A DNA stretch of 35,973 bases from Jimgerdemannia flammicorona. Taxonomy: Eukaryota. The stretch's first letter is position 1. Each line of letters starts with the position of its first letter. The translations under genes were made by a program, and so were the position numbers. Location: contig RBNJ01000231.1 in NCBI GenBank assembly GCA_003990765.1, positions 1 through 35,973 on the forward strand, read 5' to 3'. This document shows, piece after piece, positions 11,058 to 24,822 of the stretch. The notes under the pieces were generated by a model. It saw only the letters and a program-made list of their open reading frames with translations. It was not told where the DNA came from and did not search any database.

Positions 11058-14000
11058 TTAGTTATTCAAGGAATCATATTCCTGAACTAAGTCAGTTGCA
11101 TTCTGGAGATTGGTCTTGAGTTTCCATGTTGTATCATGGATTGGGTAACCTTTCTATTTGACAAGGTACTTAGAGTGGTTCTTGTGGCCATGTTTGTTGA
11201 GGATTTGTTCAACTTCATATTCTTCTTAGTTATTAAAATGACAGGTATAGGTAGTTCCATAGTTCAGTTTGAGAATAGCTCATCATTATTTTCATTATAT
11301 CACTTGAGACATTGGATATTAAAGACTGAGTGGACCTTAATAGTGTCTGGTAGTACCAATTTGTAGGAGATTGGAGAGACTTGTGCAATAACTTCAAATG
11401 GTCCAATAAACTTGCTATTCAGCTTTATAGATAGTCTGTACTTGAGGTTGTCAACTCAGTATCCTTAGATGTCTAGTAGAACTTTTTCTCTAATATTAAA
11501 GGTTTCTTCTCAGTAGTATTGATTAATATACTGTGACTGTTGTTCTTGAGCTCATGATAAATTCTTGATTATGATTTGGCTTAGATTACACATTTAGAGC
11601 AGGAATTCTTCAACAGCTTCAACTGTGGAGAGTTCATCAGTAGTTCGGATAAGTGTCAGAGGGGTGTTTGGATTTTGTTCTACATATATTAGCAAAGAAT
11701 AGGGTCATTCCAAGAGAGGCTTGTTTGCTGTTGTTGTAGGTAAACTTGACTGTAGTGAGGTGTTCATGCCAATCATCTTGTCTGTAGGAAATATAGTTCC
11801 TTAGCATTTATTCCAGAGTTTGGTTCATTCTTTTAGTTTGGCCATCAGTTTCGAGGTGAAATACTATAGATAGTGCAAGTTTTGTTCCAAGGTGTACATG
11901 GAGAGCTTTCCAAAAATAGCTAGTGAATTTCAGATCTCAGTCACTAACAATGATCTTAGGAAGACCATGATAGCAGAAGATGTTGTCAAACAAGAGTATG
12001 GCTATGTCTGGTGCTGTTGCAGTAGTAGTCATTGATACAAAGTGGGCTTGTTTGCTGAGATAGTCTACAAAGACAATAATTATATCTTTCTCATTCTTGG
12101 TCCAGGGTAGTTGTACAATAAAGTCTATAGAGATTTGTTTCCAATTAGCTGATGGTACTAGGATAGGGTGGAGTAGGTCAGGTTTTGCTAGTGTTGAGGA
12201 CTTGTTGTATTGACAGGCATCACAGAAAGTAATATAGGTCTTGAGCTGATCTGCCATGCAGGGCCAATAGAAGTTTCAGGAGATAACTTCATAGCATTTT
12301 TCAAATCCTAAATATCTAGCAGTAGGGATATCATGACATTTGAATAGAATAGTCCTTCAGAGGTCTCGGTTATTTGGAACATACAATCTGTCCTTATAGT
12401 AGATAGTATTGTCCTTGAGTTGGTATTGGTTGTACTGGGTATGCTTGTTAGCATTATCACTGTTCAGAACTTCTCAGAGTGCTTGAGCTTCCTTATCATC
12501 AGCACATGCTGCAATAATTTGTTCCATGATAGTGTTGGTAACCAAGGTGAGAGTTTGGATAACTTCTTCAATTGGTGGTCTGGAGATTGCATTAGCAACA
12601 ATATTTTCCTTACCAGGCTGGTACTTGATTTCATAGTCAAAGTTGGTAAGAACTTTCATCCATCTGGCTTACTTTTGAGAAAGGGTAGCCTGGGTCTTGA
12701 TATTGACTAATGACTTGTAGTCAGTCAATATGGTGAAGTGTGCTCCTTCTAGGTATGGTTACCATTTAATCAGAGTGTCTACAATAGCTAGTATTTTCTT
12801 CTTGTGGGTTGTATAGTTAATTTTAGCATCATTGAACTTGTAAGAATGATAGGCCACAGGGTGTCCTTCTTGTATGAGTACTACTCCAAGGGCTAGGTCA
12901 GAGGCATCAGTAGTAACTTCATATAGTAGGGCAGAGTTTGCTGCTTGAAGTACTGGAGTAGTTATCAATGCATCTTTTAGTACTTAAAAGGCTATATCTT
13001 GTTCGGGTCCCCAATTTGCAAGATTGTTGAAGTCTTTCTCTTATTTCATGGTTCAGAGCTGTTCTTCTTTCTTGCTATGCTTGATCATTTGGGTAAGGGC
13101 AGTAGCAATCTTGGAAAAGTTGGCAACAAATCATCTGTAATAGTTTGCTAATCCCAGGAATAACTGTAGGTCTTTCAGCTTCTTTAGTCTAGGCCAATTC
13201 TTAATTGCAGAGATTTTGCTGGGCTCTACCTTGATTCCATTCAGCATGATAATATATCTAAGAAATTGAATTTCTTTCAAGAGAAATTTGCATTTGCTAA
13301 GTTTTGTGAAGAGTTAGTTTTCTCAGAGTTTCAGTAGTACTAGTTCAAGATATTGAAGATGTTCCTCCAGGGTTTTGCTGAAGACTAGGATGTTGTCAAT
13401 GTAGACAATAATAAATTTGTCTAGATATGAGTGCAGGATGGTGTTCATCAGTATCTAAAAGGTTGTAGGAGCATTAGTTAAGCCAAAAGGCATAACTAGG
13501 AACTCAAAGTGTCCATAGTAAGTTTGGAAGGCTGTTTTGTAGATGTCTTCTTCTTTCATGGCAATTTGCCAATAGCCATTTCACAGATCAAAAGAGCTCA
13601 TAAATTGTGGGTTGGTAAGTCTGTCAAATATTTCATCGATTCTGGGCAGTGGGCAATAGTTCTTGATGGTCTGTTCATTGAGGTCACAGTAATTAATACA
13701 CATTCATAGGTCTTCTCCTTTCTTGATAACAAAGAGGACTAGTGTACTATAGGGTGATACACTGGGTCTAATGAATCCTTATTCTAGGAGTTTATTGATT
13801 TTTTTCTTGAGTGCATCAATTTCTCTCAGAGATATGTGGTAGATTTACTTGAAGGCTGGCTTGGCATCTGGAATAGTCTTGATTGCATGGTCTACTGCTC
13901 ATTTAGGAGGTAGGCCCTTTGGGAGTTTCTTTAGAAATATGTCTCAGAATTTCTAGAGTAGGGGTCTAATATAGCTGTCAACTTTAGAAAAGTCTTCCTC

Positions 14001-16194
14001 AGAGTTCTCGAGTTCTCCTTTGGATGAGTGGATGGATATGGCAAAAAGAGAGCATTTCTTGGCCAATTTCTTGAGCTGTAGCTTGTTGATGTGGGTGATC
14101 TTTGGTCTAGGGTCACTAGAGCTGAGTGGGTCTCTTTTGCCTTACAGTTTGAAGTTGTGGCATTCTTTCTTGATGGTTAGAGAATAGTTTACCCAATCGA
14201 TTATGGGGTTCTCTTATTTCAACCATAGGGTTCTAAGAATGATCTCATTATCAGGAAGTGGTACAATCTGGAGAGTAATATATACTCAGTAGTTATCAAT
14301 TCAGAAGGGCAGGTTGTGGACTTCCTTGCTAATAACATGTGAGGTTCCATCAGCTATAGTAACTGCTTGAGTTTTTTATACCAGAGAGGTAAAGACCTTG
14401 AGTCTGTTGGCTGTTTCTTCATTGATGAAGTTGCCTGAGGCACTATTGTCTATCATAATCTTGATAGGTGCTCAATTGACAAAAGTTTGAAGTGTAAGCA
14501 GTTTATCTGATCCAATGGTGGTGATTTCAGTTATAGGAGCTTTCTTCTATTGGTTCTTCTTTGTGCCAGTTCATTAACACAAGAGAAGCAATTATCAATC
14601 ATTCAGGAAGAGTACATTTCAATGCCATGGGGACATCAGCCACTTGGTATAAATCCATCTTCAATTTTCTTATAGAATTGTTCTTCTTTGTTCATGGTAG
14701 GTTAGGCTGGGGCCTTGTTTGATGAGCCAAATCCTTTAGATCCTCAGATGGTGAGCAGTAGTTCAGGGACTTCCTTGACTATCAGGGTTGACTCAATTTT
14801 TTCAAATAGAAACTGCACAATACAGAAACCAGTAGGGATCTTGAAGAGTATTCAACTATGGTTTCAGATGAGGACAATAATTTCATCTGTATAATCTTCA
14901 TCAATGACTCCTCCTTCTGCTGAGAGTCTTTTCAATACTAGGCTGCTGCGACAGCATATTCTTCCAATATGTTCTTTAGGGATTTAGATGCTGATTCCTG
15001 TATAGACTTGCTTAACTTCTCAGTTAGAAACTATAGCTTCTTTAGCTACATATAGGTCATATCTAGCTGCCTTTTGACTTCCTTTGGTTAGGGCCTTGGC
15101 AGTTTGCCTTAACTTGACAAAGTCCAGTATTCTGATAGTCAGATTATTGAGGTGGTGCAGAGTAGTAACAGTTACTTATATGTATTGCTATTCAGGGTTT
15201 TCAGTTAGAGCAGACACTGGCCATATCCTGTCTTTCAGCAATAGAAGCATACTCCACTTCTTCAAAGTTCATTCCTTTCTCCTTCAGTGAGCTTCTTGAA
15301 GGTACTTGGCTGGGTGGGTTCATGATTTCTGGGTATCCATGAGATAGATGTGGAGGGAGCTCAGAATGCTTTATACTTGGGTTCTTCTTTCTTGGTCCAA
15401 GTTTTTTCCTTGTTGTTAAATTGTCTTCAAGGCAGAATTGGTCTAGCTGTTAGGATTTGCTTAACCATAGTCTTGATTCTTGCCAGATACCATTGTTGGT
15501 AGTCGCAACTAACTGGGCAGTCTTGTTCTCAGATTTTTCTAATAAGCCATTCAGACAGTACATCAAATAAATGGTCTGCTCTTGTATCATTTCATGCTTC
15601 ATCATTGGCAATATATCCTAGGCCAATAGTATTCAGGAGTGACTCAAGTTTTGTACAGAAGGTTTCAAATTCTTTCTTACCATATACATCAAATTTGAGA
15701 TTGCAGAGTTTTACTTGAGATTCAGCAATCATAGTTTCACTACAGTATTGAGCAATCATGAGTTGTTTCAGTCCAGGGGCTACAGGATGGGCTCCATATC
15801 CTGGGGTATTGTTTACTGCATTCTAGGCAACTACTGCAGGTCAGGTGTCCCATGTGAGGGGTTTTTCAGGAAGGGTTTATCACTATTCTTCAGTGGGTCC
15901 TCAGAAGAATGTAACAACTTGGTGGACATAGGCTATAGTAGTAGCAAAGAGTTGTTCTAGAGTATGGTCTTGATTGTTAATCAGAATGTAGTCAGCAACT
16001 TGCTCATTGGTCCATTGATTGGCTTTAAAGTTAGTGTCAACTATACTAATGAAGTTTTGAACTTCTTGTGTAGTACTATTGAAGGTAGGTAGGCTCAGAT
16101 TTTTGATAGGTCAGATCTGTTCAGCTAAGGTAGTAATGATTGCTGCCATTATGGCTACCTGGGCTGTAAGATCTAGAATTTGTTGGTTTGCCAT
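11058..16194 (-). pseudogene. B2 gag-pol: gag, knuckle, dUTPase, Cys/His module, protease, RT, RNase H, integrase, chromodomain
   Basis: Minus-strand motifs: MANQQILDLTAQVAI..PIKNLSLPTF, IDNSASGNFI, YIDNILVFS, TTDASDLALG, CDACQ, SIDFIVQLP, VHSVFNIQ, YEVEQIL..GYPIHDTTW. Many stops and a few frameshifts. Confidence 0.92.
14720..15126 (-). pseudogene. dut: dUTPase domain of B2
   Basis: AARYDLY, TGISI, GRICCRSSL, GGVIDEDYT, (R)GSKGFGSS. Confidence 0.88.
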
Positions 16195-17140
16195 ATTGTT
16201 TACTGGAGGTAGTTGGACTACTGGTAGTGGTGTTACTGGTACTACTTGAGATACTGATGTAGAGTGTGATAGAGTTCTTTGGGTCTGTATAAGTTGTTGG
16301 AGTAATAGTTGTAGGTCTGAAGTGAGAGCTCAATAGATAGCTATCTATTACTATATAGATGTATTCTGTCCTGATGGAGGTGTGTCTCCTTTGGTGGTGT
16401 ATTTGAGATTGAATTCACTGAGATACTCCTCCTCTTCTTCAGTTTGGTCCCTGTGTAATTGAGTTTGCTTGGTATCAAAGTAGACAGAATCAGTTGTATA
16501 TCTGATTTCAGAAGGACTTAATTCAAAGTCAAGTTCTGGTTTGATATTGGTTTCAGGTTCAGATAGGGCCATAGCTAGACCTGCTTCTGGTTCAGGGTCA
16601 GATTGTTGATGAAGAGTTTCTCTTACTTCTTCCTTAAGAATATAGCAGGCCTTGCTGTTCTGGAAATATTAGTATAATGTGGTCTTGGTCCTGATATAGT
16701 GAAAGTCAGTAGAGTTGAGCTACTTGGCTATAGAGGTTTAGACTTCATGAGGGACTAAGGCTAGAAAGACTACTAATGGTTGTCCTAGGTTGCTCAGATT
16801 TGTAGAGCTGACAAAACTCTTGTTGAGAAGAGTAAAGAAGGCTTCTATAAGACCTTCTTCATCTTGACTTGCTGGGTGTAGTGCAAGGAGTTCAGTGTAT
16901 AGAGTTTCACCTATCTGCTGATTTAACTGAAGTATTTCTTTCTTTGAATGAAGTTTATTCCACTTGTTATAGGTGTGGAGGTCAAATTGTCCTTATATGT
17001 CAGGTTCAATTCTCTCCAGATTGTCAGATAGTTCAGAATAAATTCTAGTTCAGAAGTTGGGCTTTATACCAACTTGTAGGAATTTGTAAAGGGGTTTATA
17101 GCAGGGTGAGGAAGCATCTTGAAGCAGAATTAGATTATAA
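16195..17140 (-). pseudogene. In-frame N-terminal extension upstream of B2 gag
   Basis: Same frame as the gag ATG at 16194. FLALVPHEV(Q)TSIAK(W)LNSTDFHYIRTKTTLY matches C FLDYITPPAAREAAAEWITSDRYHHTPTKTSLY. Followed by an acidic linker. Confidence 0.6.
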
Positions 17141-17141
17141 A

Positions 17142-17153
17142 CTACTGCTACTA
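17142..17153 (-). promoter_or_regulatory. PBS of B2
   Basis: TAGTAGCAGTAG (TGG>TAG) 3 nt from the 5' LTR end. Confidence 0.7.
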
Positions 17154-17626
17154 AGTTATTAGAGGGTTACTTGTTAGGGTAACTATTACATAGTTCTGGA
17201 AGGGTTTTCTGGAAGTTCTGGATATTCTGGAAGACCATTTTCTTAAGGTCAAGATCAATTTCATATGGAGTACATCCTCTATGCTTATTGATTTCAAGAT
17301 TGGATTAACATCTCAATCAAAGTCCTTTTTTGGACTAGTTCTGGATGTTCAGGATTTTCCATATTTCAGGAAGTTTAAGAAACTAAGACTAGCTTAGTTG
17401 GATTGGTGTATCGCTGCAGACAATACCCAATTAGAAAATTTCATAACAGGGTTAGGAGTGGGACCTAATGGAGAGTAGATTTACTTAAGAGTAGTTTGTA
17501 GGTTATTAAATAGGTTTATTCGCTATTTATGATATTACTATACTAGGAGTAGTTATATGAAGGAATATTGTGAGGAAGTGCTCAGGAGTTGTGTTTGGAT
17601 TGTTCAAGTCTTTTTGTCTAAGATTC

Positions 17627-18428
17627 TGTAATAGAATAAACAAACGAGGTGCAATGAACAACGAGCGATCATGTGACCTGGCGAACGATGACATCATCAT
17701 ACGATCGAGTGTGGCATATAAATAATGAATGATGTGAAATGACGCAGAAAACGATATCCAGCTTATCCCCAATAATCGGCGCCGCAGCAACAGTTGCCAC
17801 AGCTGCTGATCATTGCCTAGTAATTGAGGTCCTGATCACAAAAATATTCTTTACCAAAAACCACCTGACAAAGGTTGTGATCACAAACCTCATTATAGTT
17901 ACCAAATTAGTCACTCATACTTAGTCAGAAATCATGGACCAACTTGTATAAATACCCCTCAGTTTCCATCTGAAATAAAGCAGTTTTAGTTCAGTTCTTG
18001 ATATAAGAATCAAGTCCCCCCCCACACACACACATTTCCCTGAGTCTTAGTAATGACATCTAAGTAACTCTAGTGTTTCTGACTAAACTCCAGAAGCCTA
18101 GCTAACTTCTGCCAGAACTGAGACCGGTATATAAATCCCCAAAGACTTAAGTAAACCCATTGAACCTGAATTCCAAGATGAATTCAGTCTGTACACAGTA
18201 AAGAACAAGACTCTCGAAATAGGGCACAAGAGAAAGACCTTTAAAACAGAAGGCAAACTAGAGAAAGACCTTTGAAAGATAAGGTACTGCCGCTACAACT
18301 ACTTATAAGCAAGCACTTCCTCAAACTGAAGGCTTCTTGGTATACATTATATACTAAGTTTCTAAGTAATAGTCCACTTCCCTAATTATCCTAAGGATAA
18401 GAGAGGGATAGAAGTGAGAGTTATTACA
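17627..18428 (+). repeat. 5' LTR of C
   Basis: TGTAATA...TATTACA termini, TATAAATACCCC and AATAAA. Confidence 0.95.
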
Positions 18429-18437
18429 ACTTAGTAG

Positions 18438-19319
18438 CAGCAGTTTACCAGTCAAGAAGGCACCAAAGAACACACTCCTGAAAGTTGGAACAAGACCAAC
18501 CTTGGACAGGAGTAACCCCCAGAACCAACTGTGGATCCTCAAACCAGAGCCAGAGAAGCCCTTGCCATTAGGACCAGGTGGTACCAGGAAACCACAGACA
18601 CAGAGACCTGCCAGCTTGTAATTGACCAGGCCTACAGGGATCTATACCAGGCCTTTAGGATATACCACCCAGGACTTAGGAATATTGTTAGCCACTATAG
18701 GTTCTATGAACTCCTCTGAGGACACATTGGAACCACTAGGACCCCAGAATCTACTGCTGCAGCCACCCAGGATTTTCTAGATTATATCACACCTCCTGCT
18801 GCAAGAGAAGCAGCTGCTGAGTGGATTACCTCTGACAGATATCATCATACCCCAACCAAGACCTCCCTCTACTACAGGCTAGTTGTATACTATGCCTCTG
18901 CCATAACTAGGTACGAGAACGAGCAAGCAGGCCAACCATCCCCTACTACTGAACAAGAAGCAGATCCATCTACTCAGCCAGAGACTGATATTCTCTTTGA
19001 AGGACCTAGTCAGTATGAGGATGCACTATCTCATCAGGGAAGGGAGTCAGACGAAGACTCTACAGATTACCAGTCTGATGATAGCCAATGAGGAACAGCA
19101 GGCCTAGAAATTTACCAAGGAACCACAGGTCAAGAAGATCAGACCCCAGAACCAACCCAGCCATCTATACAGAGGTTTGGTTTACCCTCTCTCACAGGAC
19201 TCTTTGATCTGATATCCGGGAATCAAGTAACTCCAAGTCATACAGTACCACAACCCCACTAAGCAGAACAATCTTCAGGAGAATCTACCCCAACAGGCCC
19301 ACCACCAATAGTCAATACA
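18438..19319 (+). pseudogene. In-frame, AUG-less N-terminal extension upstream of C gag
   Basis: Same frame as the gag ATG at 19320, with only transition-type stops. Contains a block homologous to B2 16195-17140. Confidence 0.6.
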
Positions 19320-22300
19320 ATGGTAGATGCCAACATTACAGCACTGACTACCCAGCTAGCAGTACTAGCAGGGATAGTAGGACAGATTGCTGAACAGAAC
19401 AAACCAATCAAGACCTTGCGAATCCCAACATTCAGTGAAAAAAACAGCAATATTGAAAACTTCATCAATGCAGTTGATACAGGCTACCGAGTAAACCAAT
19501 GGAATGACAATCGAGTACCTATAGGAATGCTCACCAACAACCAGAACAGCACTCTCCAGCAACTGTTTGCTACATCAGCAGCACAAGTGGAAACAGTAGC
19601 CATATTCTTTACTAGAACAGCAGCCAAATTCTGGCAAACTCTGGAACAATACCCAGTAACCTGGGAAGCCTGCCCTCAAGTCAATGGACAAGTACCTGGC
19701 AACAATAGACCAGGTTGGGATGACTATGAAGCAGGCCCAGGACTCAAGGCCTTGCTACTGACCAAATTCCAAAATGCGGCCTACATATAAGAAACTTGGA
19801 ACAAACTATCCCAGATGAAGTTCCACAAGAATGGCGAAGAAGATCTAGAGACCTTTGCCACCAGAATGGATACCTATCTCAAAACTATTGGACTTACCTA
19901 TCAGGAGAACAATTTGACCATTAATGGCACCAGAGCCAACCATCTCTTTGCAGCCCTACCAGACTGGCTCATCCAGAAGATCAAGGAACAAGGTCTTCCC
20001 CAAGGATGTCCCCACTACTCATGGTGCTTTGCCCAAGTACAAAGAAGAGCCCACGAAATTCTTGCTGCACAAGTCCCATGAAATCAAGAACACAAGAAGG
20101 ATAACCAAGATAGGAGAAACCCTACCAGGAGAAATGACCAAAGATATGACCAAAGATATGATCAAAGGAACCAGCAAAACCCCAGAGGACCTAGACCCCC
20201 CACCAAGGATGAAAAGAAGCAGCTCTGTGAAAAGGGATTGTGCTTCATCTGCAAGAAGGCAGGACATATCTCAGTCAAATGCCCTGAAAAGAGAAACAGA
20301 TCAGGCAAGCCCAGTAATCAGAACATTACTGTCATTGGAGAAGGTCCAGGAAAGAAGAACTCCGAGAATGTCATCAAAGTACAGAAGATATGGTACAAGG
20401 CTACCATCCCCACTAAGACCCACCCAACTGATGCTGGATATGACCTCTACAGTAGCCAAGACCTCACCATCCCACCAAGTACCAATGCTACAGTACAAAC
20501 AGGAATTGCAATGCAAGCTCCCAGAGGTACATACATCCACCTTGCTGAGCGAAGTAGCCTAGCCAAAGAGTTCAACATTGGGCTAGGAGGAGGAGTAGTT
20601 GACCAAGGATTTACTGGTGAAATCCATGTCATCTTGCGAAATTTTGGAGACATATCATTTGAAGTCAAAACAGGCCAAAGGATTGCCCAAGCAATCATTG
20701 AAGAAATCTGTCAAGATCTCACCATTGAAGAAGTCCCCGAACTCTCCCAAACAGACCGTGGCAAAAAAGGGTTTGGATCTACCAACAAACCTCCCAGTCA
20801 AAAGGTCACTACCATGAAGGAAGATGATGAAAACTGGTACAAGAGAATTGCAGATGGTTATACACTATGTGGATAATGCCCTCATTCTATTCAAATGTAC
20901 TGCATGGAACATGTTAGTGAATGCTATGCATGCCTCTCCAAAGTTTTCAAAATTCAATCTGAGAAACGCCAAGCTCAACAGACTGAGGAACCCAATCAAG
21001 ACAACCCTCCTTGTGAAGGATGGGGAGAGACTGACTTCGAGGAGACTGACAGCAATTGGGACAACAATGAGGATGAAGAGCTCAATACCATCAAGAAGGA
21101 GGACAGTTGCATCAAGTTCACAGGCCAAGTCCACAGACAAAATGTCAATGTCTTGCTTGATAGTAGTACTACCGGAAACTACATCAGCACCAAGACTGCC
21201 AAGAGGATCGGAGCCCAAAGCAGACCCACTGCTGAGAAAAGAAATGTTACCTTTGGTGATGGAAAGACTGCACCATTGACCAAGATCTATGAAGACCTTT
21301 TGCTCAAGATTGGCAAATATCAAGAGAAATTGAACTTCAGCATTGTAGATCTCCCAGGACAAGATATTATCTTAGGAAAAGCCTGGTTGACCCAGCACAA
21401 CCCAGACATCAACTGGAGAACCAATGAGGTTAACCTGACCCACAAAGGCAGAAAGATCACTCTGACACCCCAGGAAGGTACCAACTACCAAGGAATCGAA
21501 ATCATCTCTGCCATTCAAATGAAGAGACTCTCTCAAAAAAAGGGAAACACCTACTTCATCTGTACAGTACAAGAAGTTACTGAAGCTACAAGCAGCACAA
21601 TTCCAACAGAAGCTCAAGAACTGTTTGAAGAATTCCAAGATGTATTCCAAGATCCTCAAGGACTCCCACCCAAGCACCAAATCCAACATGGAATTGATCT
21701 TATTCCAGGATCTGAACCTCCATATAAGAGTATCTACCAACTGGCCCAACCTGAGCTCAAGACCCTCAAGGATGAGTTGACCAAACTACTGGCCCAAGGA
21801 TACATTGAACCCAGCCACTCTCCATTTGGAGCCCCCATTCTATTTGTCAAGAAGAAGGATGGCTCTCTGCGAATGTGTATTAACTACAGAGCCCTCAACA
21901 AGATCACCATCAAGAACCGATATGCCTTGCCCAGAATTGATGAGTTGCTACACCAAATCTTCAAGGCCAAGACCTTTTCTCTACTGGATTTGTGAAATAG
22001 CTACCACCAGATTCTCATTGATGAGAAAGCCATTGAGAAGACAGCTTTCCGAACACAGTTTGGATACTACCAGTTCCGAGTCATGCCTTTTGGATTGACC
22101 AATGCACCAGCAACATTCCAGTATCTGATGAATGACATCTTTGGACCACTCCTCAATATCTGTGTCCTTGTGTATATTGACGATATACTAATCTACAGTG
22201 AGACAGTAGAGCTACACTACACCCACCTTAAACAAGTACTGACCCTCCTGCAAGAACACTAGCTCTATGCTAAGATGAGCAAGTGTAAGTTCTATCAAGA

Positions 22301-24504
22301 CCAGATCGAGTACTTAGGACACATCATCTCTGCTGAAGGTATCAATGTGGACCCCCGAAAAGTATCAGCCCTTAAGGATATCCCTATCCCTACTACCCTT
22401 AAGCTACTACAGCACTTTCTGGGTATTACTGGTTATTACTGAAGGTTTATCCAAGGATATTCTGCTATTGCAGCCCCATTGACCAGCTTGGCCCATAAAG
22501 GAGTGAACATCAAAGCTGAATAGACCCCCAAATGCACTCTGGCTATGGACCATCTCAAGCGACTCCTTACTGAGGCCCCAGTACTAATTGCACCTAACTC
22601 TACCAGACCATTCACTCTGACCACAGATGCCTCTGACATTGCTATTGGAGCAGTGCTCAGCCAAGAAGACTGCCCAGTGGCCTACCTTTCCCAGAAACTC
22701 AAGCCAGCTGAGACCCGATATACCACCCATGAGAAGGAACTCCTGGCTATTGTCACTGCACTCCAGAAATGGTGCCACTTCCTCCTAGGACAGCCATTTG
22801 TGGCCTACACTGATCACCATGCACTGTGGTATATTCACATACAGCCTATGCTGACCCACAGACAAGCCTGCTGGATGGAAATCATTGCCAACTTTGATAT
22901 GAAAATCAAGTACATATATCCCAGGCAAAACCAACTGTGTGGCTGATGGTTTCTCCAGGTATATGGAAGACGAACTTGTCTTCCTAGTCGAAGTAATTGG
23001 AGACCTTACCCAAATGATCAAGGATGGCTACCAGCAAGACAGCCCTCTGATGAATTTCCTTCAATTCTGCCAAGACCCAGAGGCTGAGGTTCCAGAACCC
23101 ATGAGGCAAATGACCAAGAGATTCACCTACCATGATGGACTTATCTACAGAGACCATGACAGAGTAGTTGTACCCAACAATGATACTCTGCAACTCAAGA
23201 TCATGCAGGAACTCCATGATACTTCTGCAGCAGGACACTTTGGTTTCGAAAAGACCTACAACCTCCTCTCAAGAGAGTTCTACTGGCCAAAGATGACCAA
23301 GGATATCAAAGATTTTGTGGCCTCATGTGAGATATGCTAAAGGTTCAAAAGTAGTAACAAGCTACCAGCAGGACTTCTGCAACCCTTGCCTATCTCGAGT
23401 TACAACTGGGACCAGATTGCGATGGACTTCATTGTCCAACTCCCCAAGACCAAGGCAGGATGGGATGCCATCATGGTATTCATGGACCGCCTAAGTAAAC
23501 AAGCCCATTTTGCACCCACCAAGACCACTGCTACAGCACCAGAGATTGTCAAGATTTTTCTCAACCAAGTATTCAGGCTACATGGCATACCTAGCACCAT
23601 TGTATCTGACCGAGATGTCAAGTTCACAAGCAATTTCTGGAAGGCATTTTTCTCCCTCCATGGAACCAAGCTGAAGTTCTCTACTGCCTACCACCCTCAG
23701 ACTGATGGTCAAACTGAGCGAACCAACAGGACTCTCAAACAGATGCTTAGTATCTTCTGCTGTTACAAGCAAAATGATTGGGACAAGTACCTAGCCCATA
23801 CTGAGTTTGTCTACAATAACAGTCAGCAAACCTCTACAAAGAAGACTCCATTCTTCCTGAACCATGGTCAACACCCAAGGACCCTAAGTACTACTGCAAA
23901 ATCAGCAGTTCCAGCAGCCCAAGATTTGGCCAAGACCATTTCTGACCTTATGCAAATGATAAGAGATGCTCTCATAGAAGTACAAGACTATCAGACCAAG
24001 TACGCGAACTTGAAGCGAAGAGAAGCCTCCTACAATATTGGTGACATTGTCATGCTTAGAACAGACCACCTCCACCCAGACACTCTGGCACAACAACCAG
24101 CCAAGAAACTCCATACTAGAAGAATTGGACTATACAAGATCATGGAAAAAATCAGTGAAGTCAACTACAAGTTGCAACTTCCCCACAATATCCAAGTACA
24201 CCCAGTATTCCATATCAGCCAATTGGTGGACTACCATGAGAACCTATTCCCTGAGCATACAGTTCCACCACCACCCCCAATTAGGATCAATGATTATGAG
24301 GAATTCGAAATTGAGGAAGTACTTGACCACAAGGTCTGCAAATATCCTAAAACAGTCAAGTGCTTTTTCCTGATCAAATGGAAGGGTTACCCCACCCATG
24401 ATGCCACCTGGGAAAAAGAAGAAGCCCTGAAGAATACATGTGAAGCCCTCCAGGACTACATGGAAACACTCACCCCCCAGCAAAGGAAGGAACTACAGCT
24501 CTAA
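19320..24504 (+). pseudogene. C single-frame gag-pol: gag, CCHC knuckle, dUTPase, Cys/His module, protease, RT, RNase H, integrase, chromodomain
   Basis: [98 protein letters not shown] pieces 19320, 19815, 20238, 20895 and 22545 share a frame; there is one frameshift near 22915. Confidence 0.95.
20364..20783 (+). CDS. dut: dUTPase domain of C (uninterrupted)
   Basis: DAGYDLY, TGIA, ERSSLA, GGVVDQGFTGEI, GQRIAQ, RGKKGFGST: all five trimeric dUTPase motifs. Confidence 0.93.
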
Positions 24505-24822
24505 GTATAGGAGCATACAGCAAGCAGAAGGGTACCACATATTCTTATCTGGAAATATATAATACCAAACATTGTGAGGAAAAAAGAACACTATGGATAA
24601 TCAATAAGAAGATACCCGAGCAAAAAGAACAATCTAGTACAGTACAGCAAAATGCATTTGAACAACTCCATTTCATACCATCTGTGTCATCTCCACTAGA
24701 TGATGATGGACACTTCATGTGAAACTTAGGAAAGCCGACAATGTCGAAACCAGTCTAAGTCCATCCACGTGACAGATATTGTTACTAGGAATTGCCTCGG
24801 ATTACAAGAAAAGTCTATTTCT

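Noticed and set aside
19924..20562. 212-aa alternative-frame ORF, and the other antisense or overlapping ORFs across the gag-pol regions
   Set aside because: They are shadows of the real gag-pol frame, with no motifs and no recognisable counterpart in the related element.
22910..22945. Programmed frameshift in C pol
   Set aside because: The shift lies in a TACATATATCCC microduplication within the conserved YxPGK motif; B2 is in frame there (YQPGK), so it is a lesion.
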